Of a stretch of 64,000 bases of DNA, positions 53,056 through 64,000 are shown one piece after another. The translations under genes were made by a program, and so were the position numbers. Origin of the DNA: Alphaproteobacteria bacterium (GTDB taxonomy: Bacteria; Pseudomonadota; Alphaproteobacteria; MPNO01; UBA830); assembly GCA_965243135.1 (NCBI GenBank), contig OZ251539.1:1984001-2048000 (forward strand), given 5' to 3'. The notes under the pieces were generated by a model. The model worked only from the letters and a program-made list of their open reading frames with translations. It was not told the origin of the DNA and made no database searches. Each line of letters begins with the position of its first letter. Within the stretch, counting starts at the first letter, position 1.

Positions 53056-54266
53056 TTTCCGTCCTCCGGCTCGCCGTCCGGCATGCCGGCGCGAATCCAG
53101 CGGCCAAGGGACGCGCGCTCCGCCTCGGTCATCCCGGTCTTGTTGGCGACCGGCATCGCCTTCGACAGGACGGATTGCTTGAGCACGCGGGCGCCGTGCC
53201 TGCGAAGATCGGCGACCGTCTCCAGCATGACGCCGCCGGGCGCCTCCTCCACGTCCGGATCCGCGGGCCGCGCCGCATGGCAGGAAACGCAGCGCGCCTG
53301 CGAGACGGCGAGCATGTCCGCGGCCGTCGGGATCTCCCCGCCCTCTTCGGTCGCCGGCCGCCAGCTCAGATAGGCGATCAGCGCAACCATCAGGGCCGCG
53401 GCCGTCGGCCATTGCCAGCGCAAGGTCGAGATCGGTCGTCCGGTATGCATGAGATTGAAAAAATGACGGATCGAGGCGCCGACGAGCAGAATGAGCGTCA
53501 CCACCAACCAGCTGCGCTCGTCCTGGTAGAGCATCGGGTAATGCTGGCTGATCATCATCAGGATGACGGGCAGCGTCAGATAGTTGTTGTGGGTGGAGCG
53601 GTGTTTCCCTTGCTGCCCCAACCGGGGATCCGGCTCCTCTCCGGCGATCAACGCCTTCACGATCTTCTTCTGGTTCGGAATGATGACGAAGAAGACGTTG
53701 CCCACCATGATCGAACCGACCATGGCGCCGACATGCACGAAGGCGGCGCGGCCGCTGAAGATATCCGCGAGGAAATACGCCGAAAACGCGATCAGCACGA
53801 AAACGGCCGCCGATAGCAGAAGCGGGTGAGCGTTGAAAGGCGACCGGCACAGCAGGTCGTAGAGTATCCATCCTCCGGCGAGGAAGCCGACGCTGATCAG
53901 GACCGCCTCCCGAGGCGAGAGATCGAGCACCTCTTTGTCGATGAGGTAACTCTCGGCTCCCCAGTAATAGACCACGACGAGCAGCGCGAAACCCGAAAGC
54001 CACGTGAAATAGGCCTCGTACTTGAACCAGTGCAGTTCTTCCGGCAATTGCTCCGGCGCCACGACGTACTTCCGCATCAGATAGAAGCCGCCGCCGTGCA
54101 CGTTCCAGGCTTCGCCGCCTACGCCGGCAGGAAGTCCGGAGTGTTTTCTCAGGCTCAGGTCGAGGAAGATGAAATAGAACGACGTGCCGATCCAGGCGAT
54201 GCCGGCGACGACGTGCAGCCACCTGAAGGCCAGTTCGATCCAGTCGGCGTAAGCGATGTCGAACAC
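53052..54266 (-). CDS. puuD: Membrane urate hydroxylase with C-terminal cytochrome c domain
   Basis: RWLHVVAGIAWIGTSFYF, HNNYLTLP and CVSCH haem motif; purine-cluster context. Confidence 0.9.
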   Translation of the reverse strand: MFDIAYADWIELAFRWLHVVAGIAWIGTSFYFIFLDLSLRKHSGLPAGVGGEAWNVHGGGFYLMRKYVVAPEQLPEELHWFKYEAYFTWLSGFALLVVVYYWGAESYLIDKEVLDLSPREAVLISVGFLAGGWILYDLLCRSPFNAHPLLLSAAVFVLIAFSAYFLADIFSGRAAFVHVGAMVGSIMVGNVFFVIIPNQKKIVKALIAGEEPDPRLGQQGKHRSTHNNYLTLPVILMMISQHYPMLYQDERSWLVVTLILLVGASIRHFFNLMHTGRPISTLRWQWPTAAALMVALIAYLSWRPATEEGGEIPTAADMLAVSQARCVSCHAARPADPDVEEAPGGVMLETVADLRRHGARVLKQSVLSKAMPVANKTGMTEAERASLGRWIRAGMPDGEPEDGK

Positions 54267-54268
54267 GA

Positions 54269-54622
54269 TCAGCTGCCGCGATAGGTGGAGTAGCCGAAGG
54301 GCGAGATCAACAGGGGCACGTGGTAGTGCGAATCGGGATCGGCCACGCCGAAGCGGACGGGAACCACGTCGAGAAACGCGGGGGACGGAAGTCCGCGGCT
54401 TCGTTCTCCGAAATAGGCCCCGACGGAGAAGCGGAGTTCGTAGATCCCGGCGGCGAATTCAGGGCCTTCGAGCAACGGGGAATCGCAGCGTCCGCCGGCG
54501 TTCGTCGTCGCGGTCGCAAGCAGGCGTTCGCCCCCTTCCCCGATCTTCGCCAGTTCGATCCGCACGCCGGCCGCGGGAACTCCCCCGGCCGTGTCGAGAA
54601 TATGGGTGGTCAGTTTTCCCAT
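54269..54622 (-). CDS. uraH: 5-hydroxyisourate hydrolase
   Basis: LTTHILDT...YHVPLLISPFGYSTYRGS. Confidence 0.96.
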   Translation of the reverse strand: MGKLTTHILDTAGGVPAAGVRIELAKIGEGGERLLATATTNAGGRCDSPLLEGPEFAAGIYELRFSVGAYFGERSRGLPSPAFLDVVPVRFGVADPDSHYHVPLLISPFGYSTYRGS

Positions 54623-55025
54623 GCTTGCTTCGCCCAAGAGAATGTCCGGCCGACGGCGCGTAGCTACGCCGCTCCAATCCATAGCACATTCTTTCTTCGC
54701 CGATCTCGGGGAGGCGCGGTTTCTTCGCCGACGGTCCGAAAGGAAGGCGCGGTCGCTCTCGCCGCGTCCGGGCCGGCCTCTCGAAATCGCCCGCTGCCCC
54801 GCGGCTTCCGAAGGCTTGAAAATCGACTCGCGACGGGATAAGGTTCGCTATCGTCGGATTTCCTCAGTATGCAGTTAGTTATTTGTTTTCGTTTAATTTT
54901 TCGAGAAACGGAGACCTCATGCAATCCCTTGCGGCGCACCCAGCAAAGACTCCGGACTTCCTGCCGCGAATCCGTCGACAGGATGGACTTCGCGCGGAAT
55001 GCCCGTCCCCGGCAACGGCGCGGCT
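54623..55025. promoter_or_regulatory. Divergent intergenic region between uraH and puuE
   Basis: AT-rich tract at ~54865-54905 between divergently transcribed purine genes; no specific site assigned. Confidence 0.45.
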
Positions 55026-55928
55026 ATGACTTACCCTCGCGACCTTGCCGGATACGGCGAGCGCCCGCCGCAGGCCGACTGGCCGGACGGCGCGCGCCTC
55101 GCCCTCCAGTTCGTCGTCAATTACGAGGAAGGCGGCGAGAACGCCGTCCTGCACGGCGACCCCGCATCGGAAGCCTTCCTGTCCGAAATCATCGGCGCCG
55201 ACGCCCGTCCGGGCGTCCGCCACATGAGCATGGAATCGTTCTACGAATACGGCAGCCGGGTCGGCGTATGGCGCCTGCTCCGCCTGTTCCGCGATTACGA
55301 GATCCCGGTAACGTTCTTTGCGGTCGCCATGGCGCTCGAACGGAATCCGAAGATCGCGGAGGCGGCGCTTCGGGCCGGGCACGAACTTTGCAGTCACGGC
55401 TGGCGGTGGATCGACTATCAGTACGTTGCCGAAGAAGTCGAACGCGAGCATCTGGCGAAAGCGATCGAAGTCCACGCCCGGATTTGCGGGGAGCGCCCGC
55501 TGGGCTGGTACACGGGCCGCACCAGCCCCAACACGCGCCGGCTGGTCGCCGAAGAAGGCGGATTCCTGTACGATGCCGACGATTACAACGACGACCTGCC
55601 CTTCTGGACCGAAGCCGCGGGCCGGCCCCATCTCGTCGTTCCCTACTCCCTCGACGCCAACGACATGCGCTTCGCGACCGCCCAGGGCTTCAACTCGGGG
55701 GATCAGTTCTTCGCCTATCTCAGGGACGCTTTCGACACGATGTACGAGGAAGGCGCGGAAACGCCGAAAATGATGTCCGTCGGACTCCACTGCCGCCTCG
55801 TCGGGCGTCCCGGCCGCTTCGCCGCGCTGAAGCGTTTCGTCGAGTACGCGCGGCGGCGCGACAGGGTGTGGTTCTGCCGCCGGATCGACGTCGCGCGGCA
55901 CTGGCGCGCACGGCACCCGGCGAAGTGA
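55026..55928 (+). CDS. puuE: Allantoinase PuuE (polysaccharide-deacetylase fold)
   Basis: YPRDL.GYG, QFVVNYEEGGE, YEYGSR.G.WR and MMSVGLHCRLVGRPGR. Confidence 0.95.
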   Translation: MTYPRDLAGYGERPPQADWPDGARLALQFVVNYEEGGENAVLHGDPASEAFLSEIIGADARPGVRHMSMESFYEYGSRVGVWRLLRLFRDYEIPVTFFAVAMALERNPKIAEAALRAGHELCSHGWRWIDYQYVAEEVEREHLAKAIEVHARICGERPLGWYTGRTSPNTRRLVAEEGGFLYDADDYNDDLPFWTEAAGRPHLVVPYSLDANDMRFATAQGFNSGDQFFAYLRDAFDTMYEEGAETPKMMSVGLHCRLVGRPGRFAALKRFVEYARRRDRVWFCRRIDVARHWRARHPAK

Positions 55929-55930
55929 CG

Positions 55931-56437
55931 ATGCCCCTGCCGAGCGAAATGAAGCGGAAGACCTTCCTCGACGCGTTCGGCGGCGTCTACGAATCCTCGC
56001 CGTGGATCGCCGACAGCGTGTGGGCGGACGGCGTGACCGGCGACCACGACACCACGGCCGGGCTGTATCGGGCGATGCGCAAAGTCGTCGAGAACGCCGA
56101 CGAAACGACGCAGCTCGCGCTCCTCCAGGCCCATCCCAGCCTCGCCGGGCGGCTCGCGCTTCAAGGCAAGTTGACGGCGGAATCGAAATCCGAACAGGAA
56201 AGCGCCGGACTCGACCGCTGCACGCCGGCCGAGTTCGAGGAGTTCCACGCGCTCAACGCCCGCTATCGGGAAAGGTTCGGTTTTCCCTTCATACTGGCCG
56301 TGCGCGGCCGGAACAGGCAGCACATTCTCGAGTCCTTCCGCCGGCGCGTCGAAAACGACCGGGAGGCGGAGTTCGCGGAAGCGCTGGAACAGGTTCACCG
56401 AATCGCGCTGCTCCGTCTGGAGGCGCTGTTCGGGTAG
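55931..56437 (+). CDS. uraD: OHCU decarboxylase
   Basis: YESSPW, AHPSLAG, SKSEQ.SAGL and YRERFGFPFILAV. Confidence 0.93.
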   Translation: MPLPSEMKRKTFLDAFGGVYESSPWIADSVWADGVTGDHDTTAGLYRAMRKVVENADETTQLALLQAHPSLAGRLALQGKLTAESKSEQESAGLDRCTPAEFEEFHALNARYRERFGFPFILAVRGRNRQHILESFRRRVENDREAEFAEALEQVHRIALLRLEALFG

Positions 56438-56443
56438 CCCGCG

Positions 56444-56683
56444 TTACGTCCGAAAGCTCACCGTCTCGTGCAAATACCACGCGATCGCCCAAAGGACGGC
56501 GGCGATGCCCGTCGCGCACGCAGCCTTGAACGGAAGCCGCGGGCGCATCGGCGCGCTCTCCGCGGTTCCGGTTTCCGGCTTTTCGCGGGCCTCGTGATAG
56601 GAACGCGCGCCGACCGGCAGCATCGTGAAGAAGGCCAGCCACCAGAGCACGACGTAGACGAGGATTCCCGAAAGCCAGCTCAT
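56444..56683 (-). CDS. DUF1467-family small membrane protein
   Basis: YVVLWWLAFFTMLPVG...GTAESAP..PRL; usual position after rnj. Confidence 0.85.
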   Translation of the reverse strand: MSWLSGILVYVVLWWLAFFTMLPVGARSYHEAREKPETGTAESAPMRPRLPFKAACATGIAAVLWAIAWYLHETVSFRT

Positions 56684-58311
56684 ACCCGAACCACGTGCAC
56701 GTCGGTGACCGGCCGCTTGCCGACGTACCGGTAGATCGCGCGGCGCACCGCGTTGCGGGCCGCCTTGGTGACCGCTTCGTCGTCGCGCCGACGATGCGTC
56801 GGCAGGTCGTTGACCGCGTCGACGATCGCGTCGATCGCGTCCTGGCGGGTTTCCTTCACGTCGGCGTCGTCGAGCACGCCTTGCACCGAGAGCCTGGGAT
56901 CCGCGAGCAGGTTTCCCAGGTCGTCGAGCACGACGGTCGCCGTCGCCGCCCCGCTCGTGCGCAGGCGGTGCCGCTCGCGAACCAGATTGCCGGCCAGCGG
57001 CACCAGCCGGTTTCCGTCGACCGCGAGGCGTCCGGTCTCCACCTCGCCGACCGTCTCCGCTCCGCTCTCCCCGAAACGCAGCATCGTTCCGTTTTCGGCG
57101 ACGGCGGCATGCGGGACGCCGCAATTCCCGGCCAGCCGGACATGCTCCTGCAGGTGGCGGACCTCCCCGTGAACGGGAACCAGGATGCGCGGTTTCAGCC
57201 AGCGATACATCTGCACGAGTTCTTCGCGCCCCGGATGCCCGGATACGTGCACGAAACCGTCCCGTTCCGTCACGACGTCCACGCCGAGCCGCGCGAGTCG
57301 GTTCTGAACCCGGCCGATGGCGCGCTCGTTGCCCGGGATCTCGCGCGAGGAGAATATCACCGTATCCCCCTTCTCGAACGCGATTTCGGGATGGCTGCCG
57401 ATCGAGATGCGCGACAGCGCGGCGCCCGGCTCCCCCTGGCTGCCGGTGACCGCCATCAGCGCCTCGCGGGCAGGAAGGGACGCCGCCTCTCCGGGGCCGA
57501 GAAACGCGTCGTCGAGATAGCCGCACTCGCGGCCGATCTCCACGATTCGGTGCAGCGACCGCCCGACCAGCGCCGGCCGGCGGCCGCATTCCTCCGCGGC
57601 CCGCGCGACCGTCACGATCCGGGCGAGATTGCTGGCGAAGGACACCACCGCGACCCGCCCGCCGCATCGGCCGACAATCTCGACCAGGCTGGCGCGCAGC
57701 GCAGCCTCGGACCCGGCGCTTCCCTCGACGAACGCGTTGGTCGAGTCGCACGCCAGGGCGAGCACGCCCTCCCGGCCGAGCGCTTGAAGCGCGGCCTCGT
57801 CGGTGCGCCGGCCGACGACCGGATCCGGATCGATCTTCCAGTCGGTCGCGTGAACGACGGTCCCGAGCGGAGTTCGCAGCGCGAGGATGTTGCCTTCGGG
57901 CACGGAATGAGCGGCGGGGATCCACGAGACGCGAAACGGCCCCAGTTCGATGCCGCCCCCGACCGGAACCTCGGTCAGCGGGACCTCGAGGCCGGCTTCC
58001 CGCAGCTTCCGGCGCAACAGGCCGCCGGCGAACGGCGTCGCGTAGACCGGACACCCGATCTGCGGCCACAGATGCTGCACCGCGCCGAGATGGTCCTCGT
58101 GCGCATGGGTGAGAAGAAGCCCATGCAGCCGCCCGCCCAGACCGCGCGCGAAGGCTGGATCCGGCGTCATCACGTCGATGCCGGGCGTGGTGTCGTCGCC
58201 GAACGCGATGCCCATGTCCACCATCAGCCAGTCGTCGCCGCAGCCGTAGAGGGCCATGTTCATGCCGATCTCGCCGGCGCCGCCCAACGGCACGAATTTC
58301 AGTCCTGTCAT
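56680..58311 (-). CDS. rnj: Ribonuclease J
   Basis: [27 protein letters not shown] and HVSGHP. Confidence 0.95.
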   Translation of the reverse strand: MTGLKFVPLGGAGEIGMNMALYGCGDDWLMVDMGIAFGDDTTPGIDVMTPDPAFARGLGGRLHGLLLTHAHEDHLGAVQHLWPQIGCPVYATPFAGGLLRRKLREAGLEVPLTEVPVGGGIELGPFRVSWIPAAHSVPEGNILALRTPLGTVVHATDWKIDPDPVVGRRTDEAALQALGREGVLALACDSTNAFVEGSAGSEAALRASLVEIVGRCGGRVAVVSFASNLARIVTVARAAEECGRRPALVGRSLHRIVEIGRECGYLDDAFLGPGEAASLPAREALMAVTGSQGEPGAALSRISIGSHPEIAFEKGDTVIFSSREIPGNERAIGRVQNRLARLGVDVVTERDGFVHVSGHPGREELVQMYRWLKPRILVPVHGEVRHLQEHVRLAGNCGVPHAAVAENGTMLRFGESGAETVGEVETGRLAVDGNRLVPLAGNLVRERHRLRTSGAATATVVLDDLGNLLADPRLSVQGVLDDADVKETRQDAIDAIVDAVNDLPTHRRRDDEAVTKAARNAVRRAIYRYVGKRPVTDVHVVRV

Positions 58312-59075
58312 TTGTTCCTCTCGTATATGCTCGCGAGGCCGCGCAGCGTGAGATCGTCGTCCACGCCGCCGATCGCGTCCGTCGCCGCCTCGAACAAGGG
58401 CGCGAGACCGCCAGTCGCGATCGTCGGCAGATCCGCGCCCGCCTCCTCGCGGATGCGAGCCACCAGCCCCTCGATCAGCCCTACGTAGCCCCAGTAGACG
58501 CCCGATTGCATCGCGGTCGTCGTCGCCTTGCCGATCACCGCCGGCGGACGCGTCACCGACACGCGGGGCAGCATCGCCGCCGCCTGATGCAGCGCCTCGA
58601 TGGAAAGGTTGATGCCGGGCGCGATGCAGCCGCCGACGTAGTTGCCGGCGCCGTCGATGACGTCGAAGGTCGTCGCCGTGCCGAAATCGACGACGATCAA
58701 GGGACCGCCATAGGTCTCGTACGCGGCGACCGCGTTCACCAGCCGGTCGGCGCCCACGGACTCGGGCGACGCGACGAGCGCGTCGATGCCGAGCGCCACC
58801 CCGGCCTCGCCGACGACCATCGGCTCGACGCGGAAATAGTCCCGGCACAGAATCTTCAGGTCGAACAGGAGATCGGGCACCACCGTCGCGACGATCGCCG
58901 CGTCGACGTTCTCCGGGCGCAGCGTCGCCATTCCCATGAGCTGGGTCAGCCATACGCCGTACTCGTCGGCAGTGCGCCGGTAGTCGCTCGCGAGCCGCCA
59001 GACGCCGCGCTTCCTATCGCCGTCGTAAATCGCGAATACGATATTGGTGTTGCCGGAATCGATCGCGAGCAGCAT
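58308..59075 (-). CDS. coaX: Type III pantothenate kinase
   Basis: [18 protein letters not shown] and [11 protein letters not shown]. Confidence 0.95.
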   Translation of the reverse strand: MLLAIDSGNTNIVFAIYDGDRKRGVWRLASDYRRTADEYGVWLTQLMGMATLRPENVDAAIVATVVPDLLFDLKILCRDYFRVEPMVVGEAGVALGIDALVASPESVGADRLVNAVAAYETYGGPLIVVDFGTATTFDVIDGAGNYVGGCIAPGINLSIEALHQAAAMLPRVSVTRPPAVIGKATTTAMQSGVYWGYVGLIEGLVARIREEAGADLPTIATGGLAPLFEAATDAIGGVDDDLTLRGLASIYERNK

Positions 59076-59776
59076 CACGCTTCCACGTCGCCCGACAGGA
59101 TCCGCCGCCGAACGCCCGAAGCGTCGACCAGCGCCAGCGCGCCGTCGCCGTCCAGTCCGGCGAACCGGCCTTCGATCCGGCCGCCCGCCGTCTCCGCCGC
59201 GACGAGGTCGCCGCGCCGATGCGCCGACGCGAGCCAGGCGTCGCGGACGGGCGCGAATCCCTCTTCGGCCCACAGGCCGTGCCAGGCCGCGAAGAAGCGT
59301 TGCAGACGGGCGAGCATGTCGCTCGCGTCCGCCGCGGCCCCGGCTTCGCGCAAACTGGTGGCGCGGACTCCGTCCGGCGCGGAGGCGAGATTCATGCCGA
59401 CTCCCACGGCGTAGCCGGTTTCGCCTCCCTCGATCAGCACGCCCGCGATCTTCCGGCCGCCGCACAGGACGTCGTTCGGCCACTTGAGCGCGAACGCCGC
59501 GCCCGGCGCCGCCTCGGCCAGCGCGTTCAGGGCGGCGAGCCCCGCGACGAAAGCGAGATCCGCCGGATTGCGGCCCCCCGGCGGAACCGCGACGATGGTC
59601 GCGTGGAGGTTCCCCGGCAGCGACCGCCAGCGCCGTCCGGCGCGGCCGCGTCCCGCGGTCTGCGTCGTCGCGACGAATGCGTCTCCGTGGCGCGCGCGGC
59701 CTTCCCTCATTCGGCGGAGCGCTTCCGCATTGGTGCTGTCCAGCGTTTCGAACGCGTGAACGGCCGGACTCCGCAT
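59075..59776 (-). CDS. birA: Biotin-[acetyl-CoA carboxylase] ligase
   Basis: DSTN, QTAGRGR and [14 protein letters not shown]. Confidence 0.95.
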   Translation of the reverse strand: MRSPAVHAFETLDSTNAEALRRMREGRARHGDAFVATTQTAGRGRAGRRWRSLPGNLHATIVAVPPGGRNPADLAFVAGLAALNALAEAAPGAAFALKWPNDVLCGGRKIAGVLIEGGETGYAVGVGMNLASAPDGVRATSLREAGAAADASDMLARLQRFFAAWHGLWAEEGFAPVRDAWLASAHRRGDLVAAETAGGRIEGRFAGLDGDGALALVDASGVRRRILSGDVEA

Positions 59777-59779
59777 CGG

Positions 59780-61219
59780 CTATCCGCCGGAAAACAGAAC
59801 GGACGCGGCCGCTTCCGCGCCGGCGATCACGGGATTCGGATAAACGAAAAAGAACAGGGTGAACGCGCACGCCGCGGTCATGATGACCGCGACCTCGCGG
59901 CCGGCCGGCCGGTCGAACGCGTCGGCGGGCTCGTCGAAATACATGATCTTGACGATGCGGAGGTAGTAGAAGGCGCCGATCACGCTGGTGAGGATGCCGA
60001 TCACCGCGAGCGCGTAGAGGCCCTCGTTAACCGCCGCGAGAAACACGTAGAGCTTCCCGAAAAATCCGGCGAGCGGAGGAATGCCCGCCATCGAGAACAT
60101 GAAGACCGCCATGGCGAGAGCCGTCATCGGCTGGTTGCGCGACAGTCCCGCGAGATCGCCGATGCCCTCGAGCTGCCTGCCCTGCCGGCGCATGGCGAGG
60201 ACGCAGCAGAACGCGCCGACGTTCATGGCGAGATAGATCGCCATGTAAAGGAGGATCCCCCTCACGCCCTCCTCGGATCCGGCCGCGAGGCCGACGAGCG
60301 CGTAGCCGATATGCCCGATCGAACTGTAGGCGAGAAGCCGCTTGACGCTCTTCTGCCATATGGCGGCGAGCGCGCCCAGCAGCATCGACGCGATCGAAAG
60401 GAAAATGACGATCTGTTGCCATTGCGCGAAGAGCTCTCCGAACGGTCCGGTCACGACGCGAATCAGAAGCGCGACGGCCGCGATCTTCGGCGCGACCGCG
60501 AAGAAGGCCGTCACCGGGGTCGGAGCGCCTTCGTAGACGTCGGGCGTCCACATGTGGAACGGCACGGCGGAAATCTTGAAGGCGAGCCCCGCCAGCAGGA
60601 AAACCAGTCCGACGATGACGCCCACGCCGGGTTCGGGATCGGGGCCCGTGAACATCACCGCCAGATCCTCGAAGCGGGTCTCGCCGGTGAATCCGTAGAT
60701 CATCGACGCGCCGTAGAGCAGCATCCCGGAAGACAGCGCGCCGAGCACGAAATACTTGAGGCCCGCTTCGGACGACCGGGTCGAGTCGCGGCGGAAGGCG
60801 GCGATTACGTACAGCGGCAGGCTTTGGAGCTCGAGGCCCACGTAGAGCGACAGAAGGTCGTTCGCCGAGATCATCATCGACATGCCGAGGCACGCCAACA
60901 GGATCAGCACCGGATACTCGAAGCGGTCGATGCCCTCGCGCTCGTTGTAGCGCAGCGACATGACGACGGCCAGCGCCGAGCCGAGCAGAACCAGCCACTT
61001 CATGAAGCGCGCGAAGCCGTCCACGACGAACTGGCCGCCGAACGACGATCCCTCGGCGGTCGCCGACATCGCGAACCCGGCCGCCGCGAGCGCGGCCACC
61101 GCGAGCCACGACGCGGCGCGCCCGGGGCGGTCGCCGCGAAACGCGCCGAACATCAGCAAGGCCATCGCGGAACAGGCGAGAACGAGTTCCGGAAGCACCG
61201 AAAGGATGTCCGCCCTCAT
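59780..61219 (-). CDS. nuoN: NADH-quinone oxidoreductase subunit N
   Basis: [32 protein letters not shown] and AGIPPLAGF. Confidence 0.96.
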   Translation of the reverse strand: MRADILSVLPELVLACSAMALLMFGAFRGDRPGRAASWLAVAALAAAGFAMSATAEGSSFGGQFVVDGFARFMKWLVLLGSALAVVMSLRYNEREGIDRFEYPVLILLACLGMSMMISANDLLSLYVGLELQSLPLYVIAAFRRDSTRSSEAGLKYFVLGALSSGMLLYGASMIYGFTGETRFEDLAVMFTGPDPEPGVGVIVGLVFLLAGLAFKISAVPFHMWTPDVYEGAPTPVTAFFAVAPKIAAVALLIRVVTGPFGELFAQWQQIVIFLSIASMLLGALAAIWQKSVKRLLAYSSIGHIGYALVGLAAGSEEGVRGILLYMAIYLAMNVGAFCCVLAMRRQGRQLEGIGDLAGLSRNQPMTALAMAVFMFSMAGIPPLAGFFGKLYVFLAAVNEGLYALAVIGILTSVIGAFYYLRIVKIMYFDEPADAFDRPAGREVAVIMTAACAFTLFFFVYPNPVIAGAEAAASVLFSGG

Positions 61220-62730
61220 CTGCCGACCACCGCGACGCCCTCGAACGCCCTCATCGCCGTCCTGTGCTGCTCGACGAGATTGGCCACCGACGCTTCCGTC
61301 GCGTCGAGAAACGGACCGGGCCAGACGCCCATCCAGATCGTGACGGCGACGAGCGGGGCGAACACCAGCAATTCGCGCGGACTGAGGTCGAGAATCGCCC
61401 GCAGATGCTCCCCGGCGAGCCGGCCCATGATCACGCGCCGGTACAGGAAGAGCATGTAGGCGGCGCCCAGCACGATGCCCGTGCACGCCAGCGCCGCGAC
61501 CCAGGTGTTGACCTGGAACGCGCCCACGAGAACCAGGAATTCGCCGACGAAGCCGCTGGTGCCGGGCAATCCGACCGACGCCAGCATGAACACCATGAAC
61601 ACGAAAGCGTATTTCGGCATCCGCTGGACCAGCCCGCCGTACATGCTTATCTCGCGGCTGTGGATCCGGTCGTAAACGACGCCGACGCAGAGAAAGAGCG
61701 CGGCGGAAACGAAGCCGTGGCTGAGCATCTGCACGACGGCGCCCTGAACGCCCTGCTGCGTCAACGTGAATATGCCGATCGTCACGAAGCCCATATGGGC
61801 GACCGACGAATAGGCGATGAGCTTCTTCATGTCTTCCTGCGCCAGCGCGACCAGCGACGTGTAGACGATCGCGACGATCGACAGCGCGTAGACCATCGGC
61901 GTGAAGAAATCGGTCGCGTAGGGCAGCATGGGAACCGAGAACCTGAGGAAGCCGTAGGCGCCCATCTTCAGCAGGACGCCGGCGAGTATCACGGAACCGG
62001 CCGTCGGCGCCTCGACGTGGGCGTCGGGCAACCACGTGTGCACCGGCCACATGGGCACCTTGACCGCGAAGCTGGCGAAAAACGCCAGCCACAGCCAGAT
62101 TTGCATGCCGGGATCGAGCGCCGTCGTCAGCAGCTCGGGGATGTCGCTGGTTTCGGACTCGAAGAGGATCGCGAGGATCGCGATCAGCATGAGCACCGAG
62201 CCGGTCAACGTGTAGAGGAAGAACTTGAAGGCCGCGTAGACCCGGCGCGAACCGCCCCACACCCCGATGATGAGGAACATCGGAATCAGCACGCCCTCGA
62301 AGAACACGTAGAAGAGGATGAAATCCAGCGCGCAGAACATGCCCACCATCAGCGTTTCGAGAACCAGAAACGCGATCATGTACTCCTTCACGCGGTGGCG
62401 GACCGCCTCCCAGCTGGCAAGGACGCAGAGCGGGGTCAGGAACGTGGAGAGCAGCACGAAGAAGACGGAGATCCCGTCGACCCCCATGTGGTAGGAGACG
62501 CCGAAAGACGGAATCCATTCCGCTTTTTCGACGAACTGGAATTCGTGCGACCCGTTGTCGAACCCGGTCCACACGAAGATCGAGACCGCGAGCGTGACCA
62601 GGGAGGTCCACAACGCCGTGGCCCGGGCGTTGCGCGCCGCGGTGTCGGGATCGCCCCGGATGATCAGGATCGCGAACGCGCCCACCAGCGGAAGGAACGT
62701 GATCAGGGACAGGATCGGAAAGTCGTACAC
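61216..62730 (-). CDS. nuoM: NADH-quinone oxidoreductase subunit M
   Basis: [30 protein letters not shown] and [10 protein letters not shown]. Confidence 0.96.
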   Translation of the reverse strand: MYDFPILSLITFLPLVGAFAILIIRGDPDTAARNARATALWTSLVTLAVSIFVWTGFDNGSHEFQFVEKAEWIPSFGVSYHMGVDGISVFFVLLSTFLTPLCVLASWEAVRHRVKEYMIAFLVLETLMVGMFCALDFILFYVFFEGVLIPMFLIIGVWGGSRRVYAAFKFFLYTLTGSVLMLIAILAILFESETSDIPELLTTALDPGMQIWLWLAFFASFAVKVPMWPVHTWLPDAHVEAPTAGSVILAGVLLKMGAYGFLRFSVPMLPYATDFFTPMVYALSIVAIVYTSLVALAQEDMKKLIAYSSVAHMGFVTIGIFTLTQQGVQGAVVQMLSHGFVSAALFLCVGVVYDRIHSREISMYGGLVQRMPKYAFVFMVFMLASVGLPGTSGFVGEFLVLVGAFQVNTWVAALACTGIVLGAAYMLFLYRRVIMGRLAGEHLRAILDLSPRELLVFAPLVAVTIWMGVWPGPFLDATEASVANLVEQHRTAMRAFEGVAVVGR

Positions 62731-62733
62731 GCC

Positions 62734-64000
62734 CTACCCCCGCGTCAACAGGTACCAGGTGAGGACGCCGGCCACGCCGGCGAGCATGGCGAAGGCGTAG
62801 TGGTAGAGGTAACCGGACTGGAGGGCGGCGGCCCGCCTGGCGAGGTGCCGCGCCGCCGCCGCGACGCCGTCCGGCCCGAGCCCGTCGATGATCGCTCCGT
62901 CGCCTTCCTTCCAGAGGTTCCGGCCCAACCTGTGGGCCGGACGGACGAACAGGCGGTCGTACAGTTCGTCGAAATACCACTTGTTCAGAAGAAACCGGTA
63001 GACCCGGCCGAAGCGCCGGGCGATCCACGCGGGCAATTCGGGATCGCGCATGTAGGCGTGCCAGGCCGCGAGAATGCCGAGGAAAGCCACGGCGACGGGC
63101 AACGCCTTCGCCCAGAACGGCGCATGATGCGCGGCGGCGATCGGGTCGGTTCCGGGCGTCACGAAAATCGACTCGCCCCAGAACGCCGCGCCGCCCGTGA
63201 AGCTTTCGTATCCGAGGAAGCCGGAGAACGCGGCGCCGAGCGCGAGGACCAGCAGCGGGATCAGCATGACCCGCGGCGATTCGTGGACATGCGCCAGCGT
63301 CGTCTCGTCGGCGCGGCTCTCGCCGTGGAAGGTCAGGAAGATCAGGCGCCACGAATAGAAGGCCGTGAGGAGGGCGGCGATCACGCCCGCCCAGAAGGCG
63401 TAGTGCCCGACCGCCGTATGCGCGCCGAACGCCGCCTCGATAATCAGGTCTTTCGAATAATACCCGGCCAGGAACGGCACGCCGGCGAGCGCCAGGCTCC
63501 CGACCCACATCAGGGCGTAGGTCGCGGGGATCATCCGCCAGATTCCGCCCATCTTGCGCATGTCCTGCTCCGCCGACATAGCATGGATCACGGAGCCCGC
63601 TCCGAGGAACAGCAGGGCCTTGAAGAACGCATGCGTGGTGAGATGGAAGATCCCGGCGGAATACGCGGAAACGCCGCAGGCGAAGAACATGTAGCCGAGC
63701 TGGCTGCAGGTGGAATAGGCGATGACGCGCTTGATGTCGGTCTGGCACAGCGCCACGGTGGCGGCGAACAGCGCCGTGGTCGCGCCGACGATCGCGACCA
63801 TGTCGAGCGCGACGGGCGCGTGCTCGAAGAGCGGCGACAGCCGGGCGACCATGAAGACGCCCGCCGTCACCATCGTCGCGGCGTGGATCAGCGCGGAAAC
63901 CGGCGTCGGCCCCTCCATGGCGTCCGGCAGCCAGGTGTGAAGGCCGAGCTGCGCCGACTTGCCCATGGCGCCGACGAAAAGAAGGATGCAGAGCGCAGTC
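62734..64000 (-). CDS. nuoL: NADH-quinone oxidoreductase subunit L (5' part outside the window)
   Basis: [32 protein letters not shown] and [10 protein letters not shown]. Confidence 0.96.
   Translation of the reverse strand, partial: TALCILLFVGAMGKSAQLGLHTWLPDAMEGPTPVSALIHAATMVTAGVFMVARLSPLFEHAPVALDMVAIVGATTALFAATVALCQTDIKRVIAYSTCSQLGYMFFACGVSAYSAGIFHLTTHAFFKALLFLGAGSVIHAMSAEQDMRKMGGIWRMIPATYALMWVGSLALAGVPFLAGYYSKDLIIEAAFGAHTAVGHYAFWAGVIAALLTAFYSWRLIFLTFHGESRADETTLAHVHESPRVMLIPLLVLALGAAFSGFLGYESFTGGAAFWGESIFVTPGTDPIAAAHHAPFWAKALPVAVAFLGILAAWHAYMRDPELPAWIARRFGRVYRFLLNKWYFDELYDRLFVRPAHRLGRNLWKEGDGAIIDGLGPDGVAAAARHLARRAAALQSGYLYHYAFAMLAGVAGVLTWYLLTRG

Overview
High-GC, alphaproteobacterial-type window with two parts. 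(1) Bases 1 to ~42,030 are a heavily rearranged accessory island. It is dominated by seven paralogous ~510-aa AAA-ATPase + PD-(D/E)XK nuclease genes, three on the minus strand and a four-copy tandem array on the plus strand. The copies are mosaics of re-assorted variable blocks, and each has its own apparently leaderless sigma70-type promoter. Between the two groups lie an FRG-domain/15-TPR gene split by an IS66-family element carrying DUF4338, and a Vsr remnant. Mobile DNA includes a ~230-bp MITE-like repeat (6 copies, inserted at (C/T)AAA); one copy hosts an IS110 element and another hosts a group II intron with a perfect EBS1/IBS1 match. There are also IS1202-like/ISNCY, IS30 and ISAs1 elements or remnants, and several small coiled-coil proteins with variable repeat number. 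(2) Bases ~42,400 to 64,000 are an intact housekeeping region: a DMT transporter, a purine uptake and catabolism cluster (guaD, BMP-type ABC transporter, xdhAB, puuD, uraH, puuE, uraD), then DUF1467, rnj, coaX, birA and nuoN/M/L. Many multi-copy elements carry small deletions that may be consensus errors rather than real pseudogenisation. All family assignments come from motif recognition by eye; no database searches were run.
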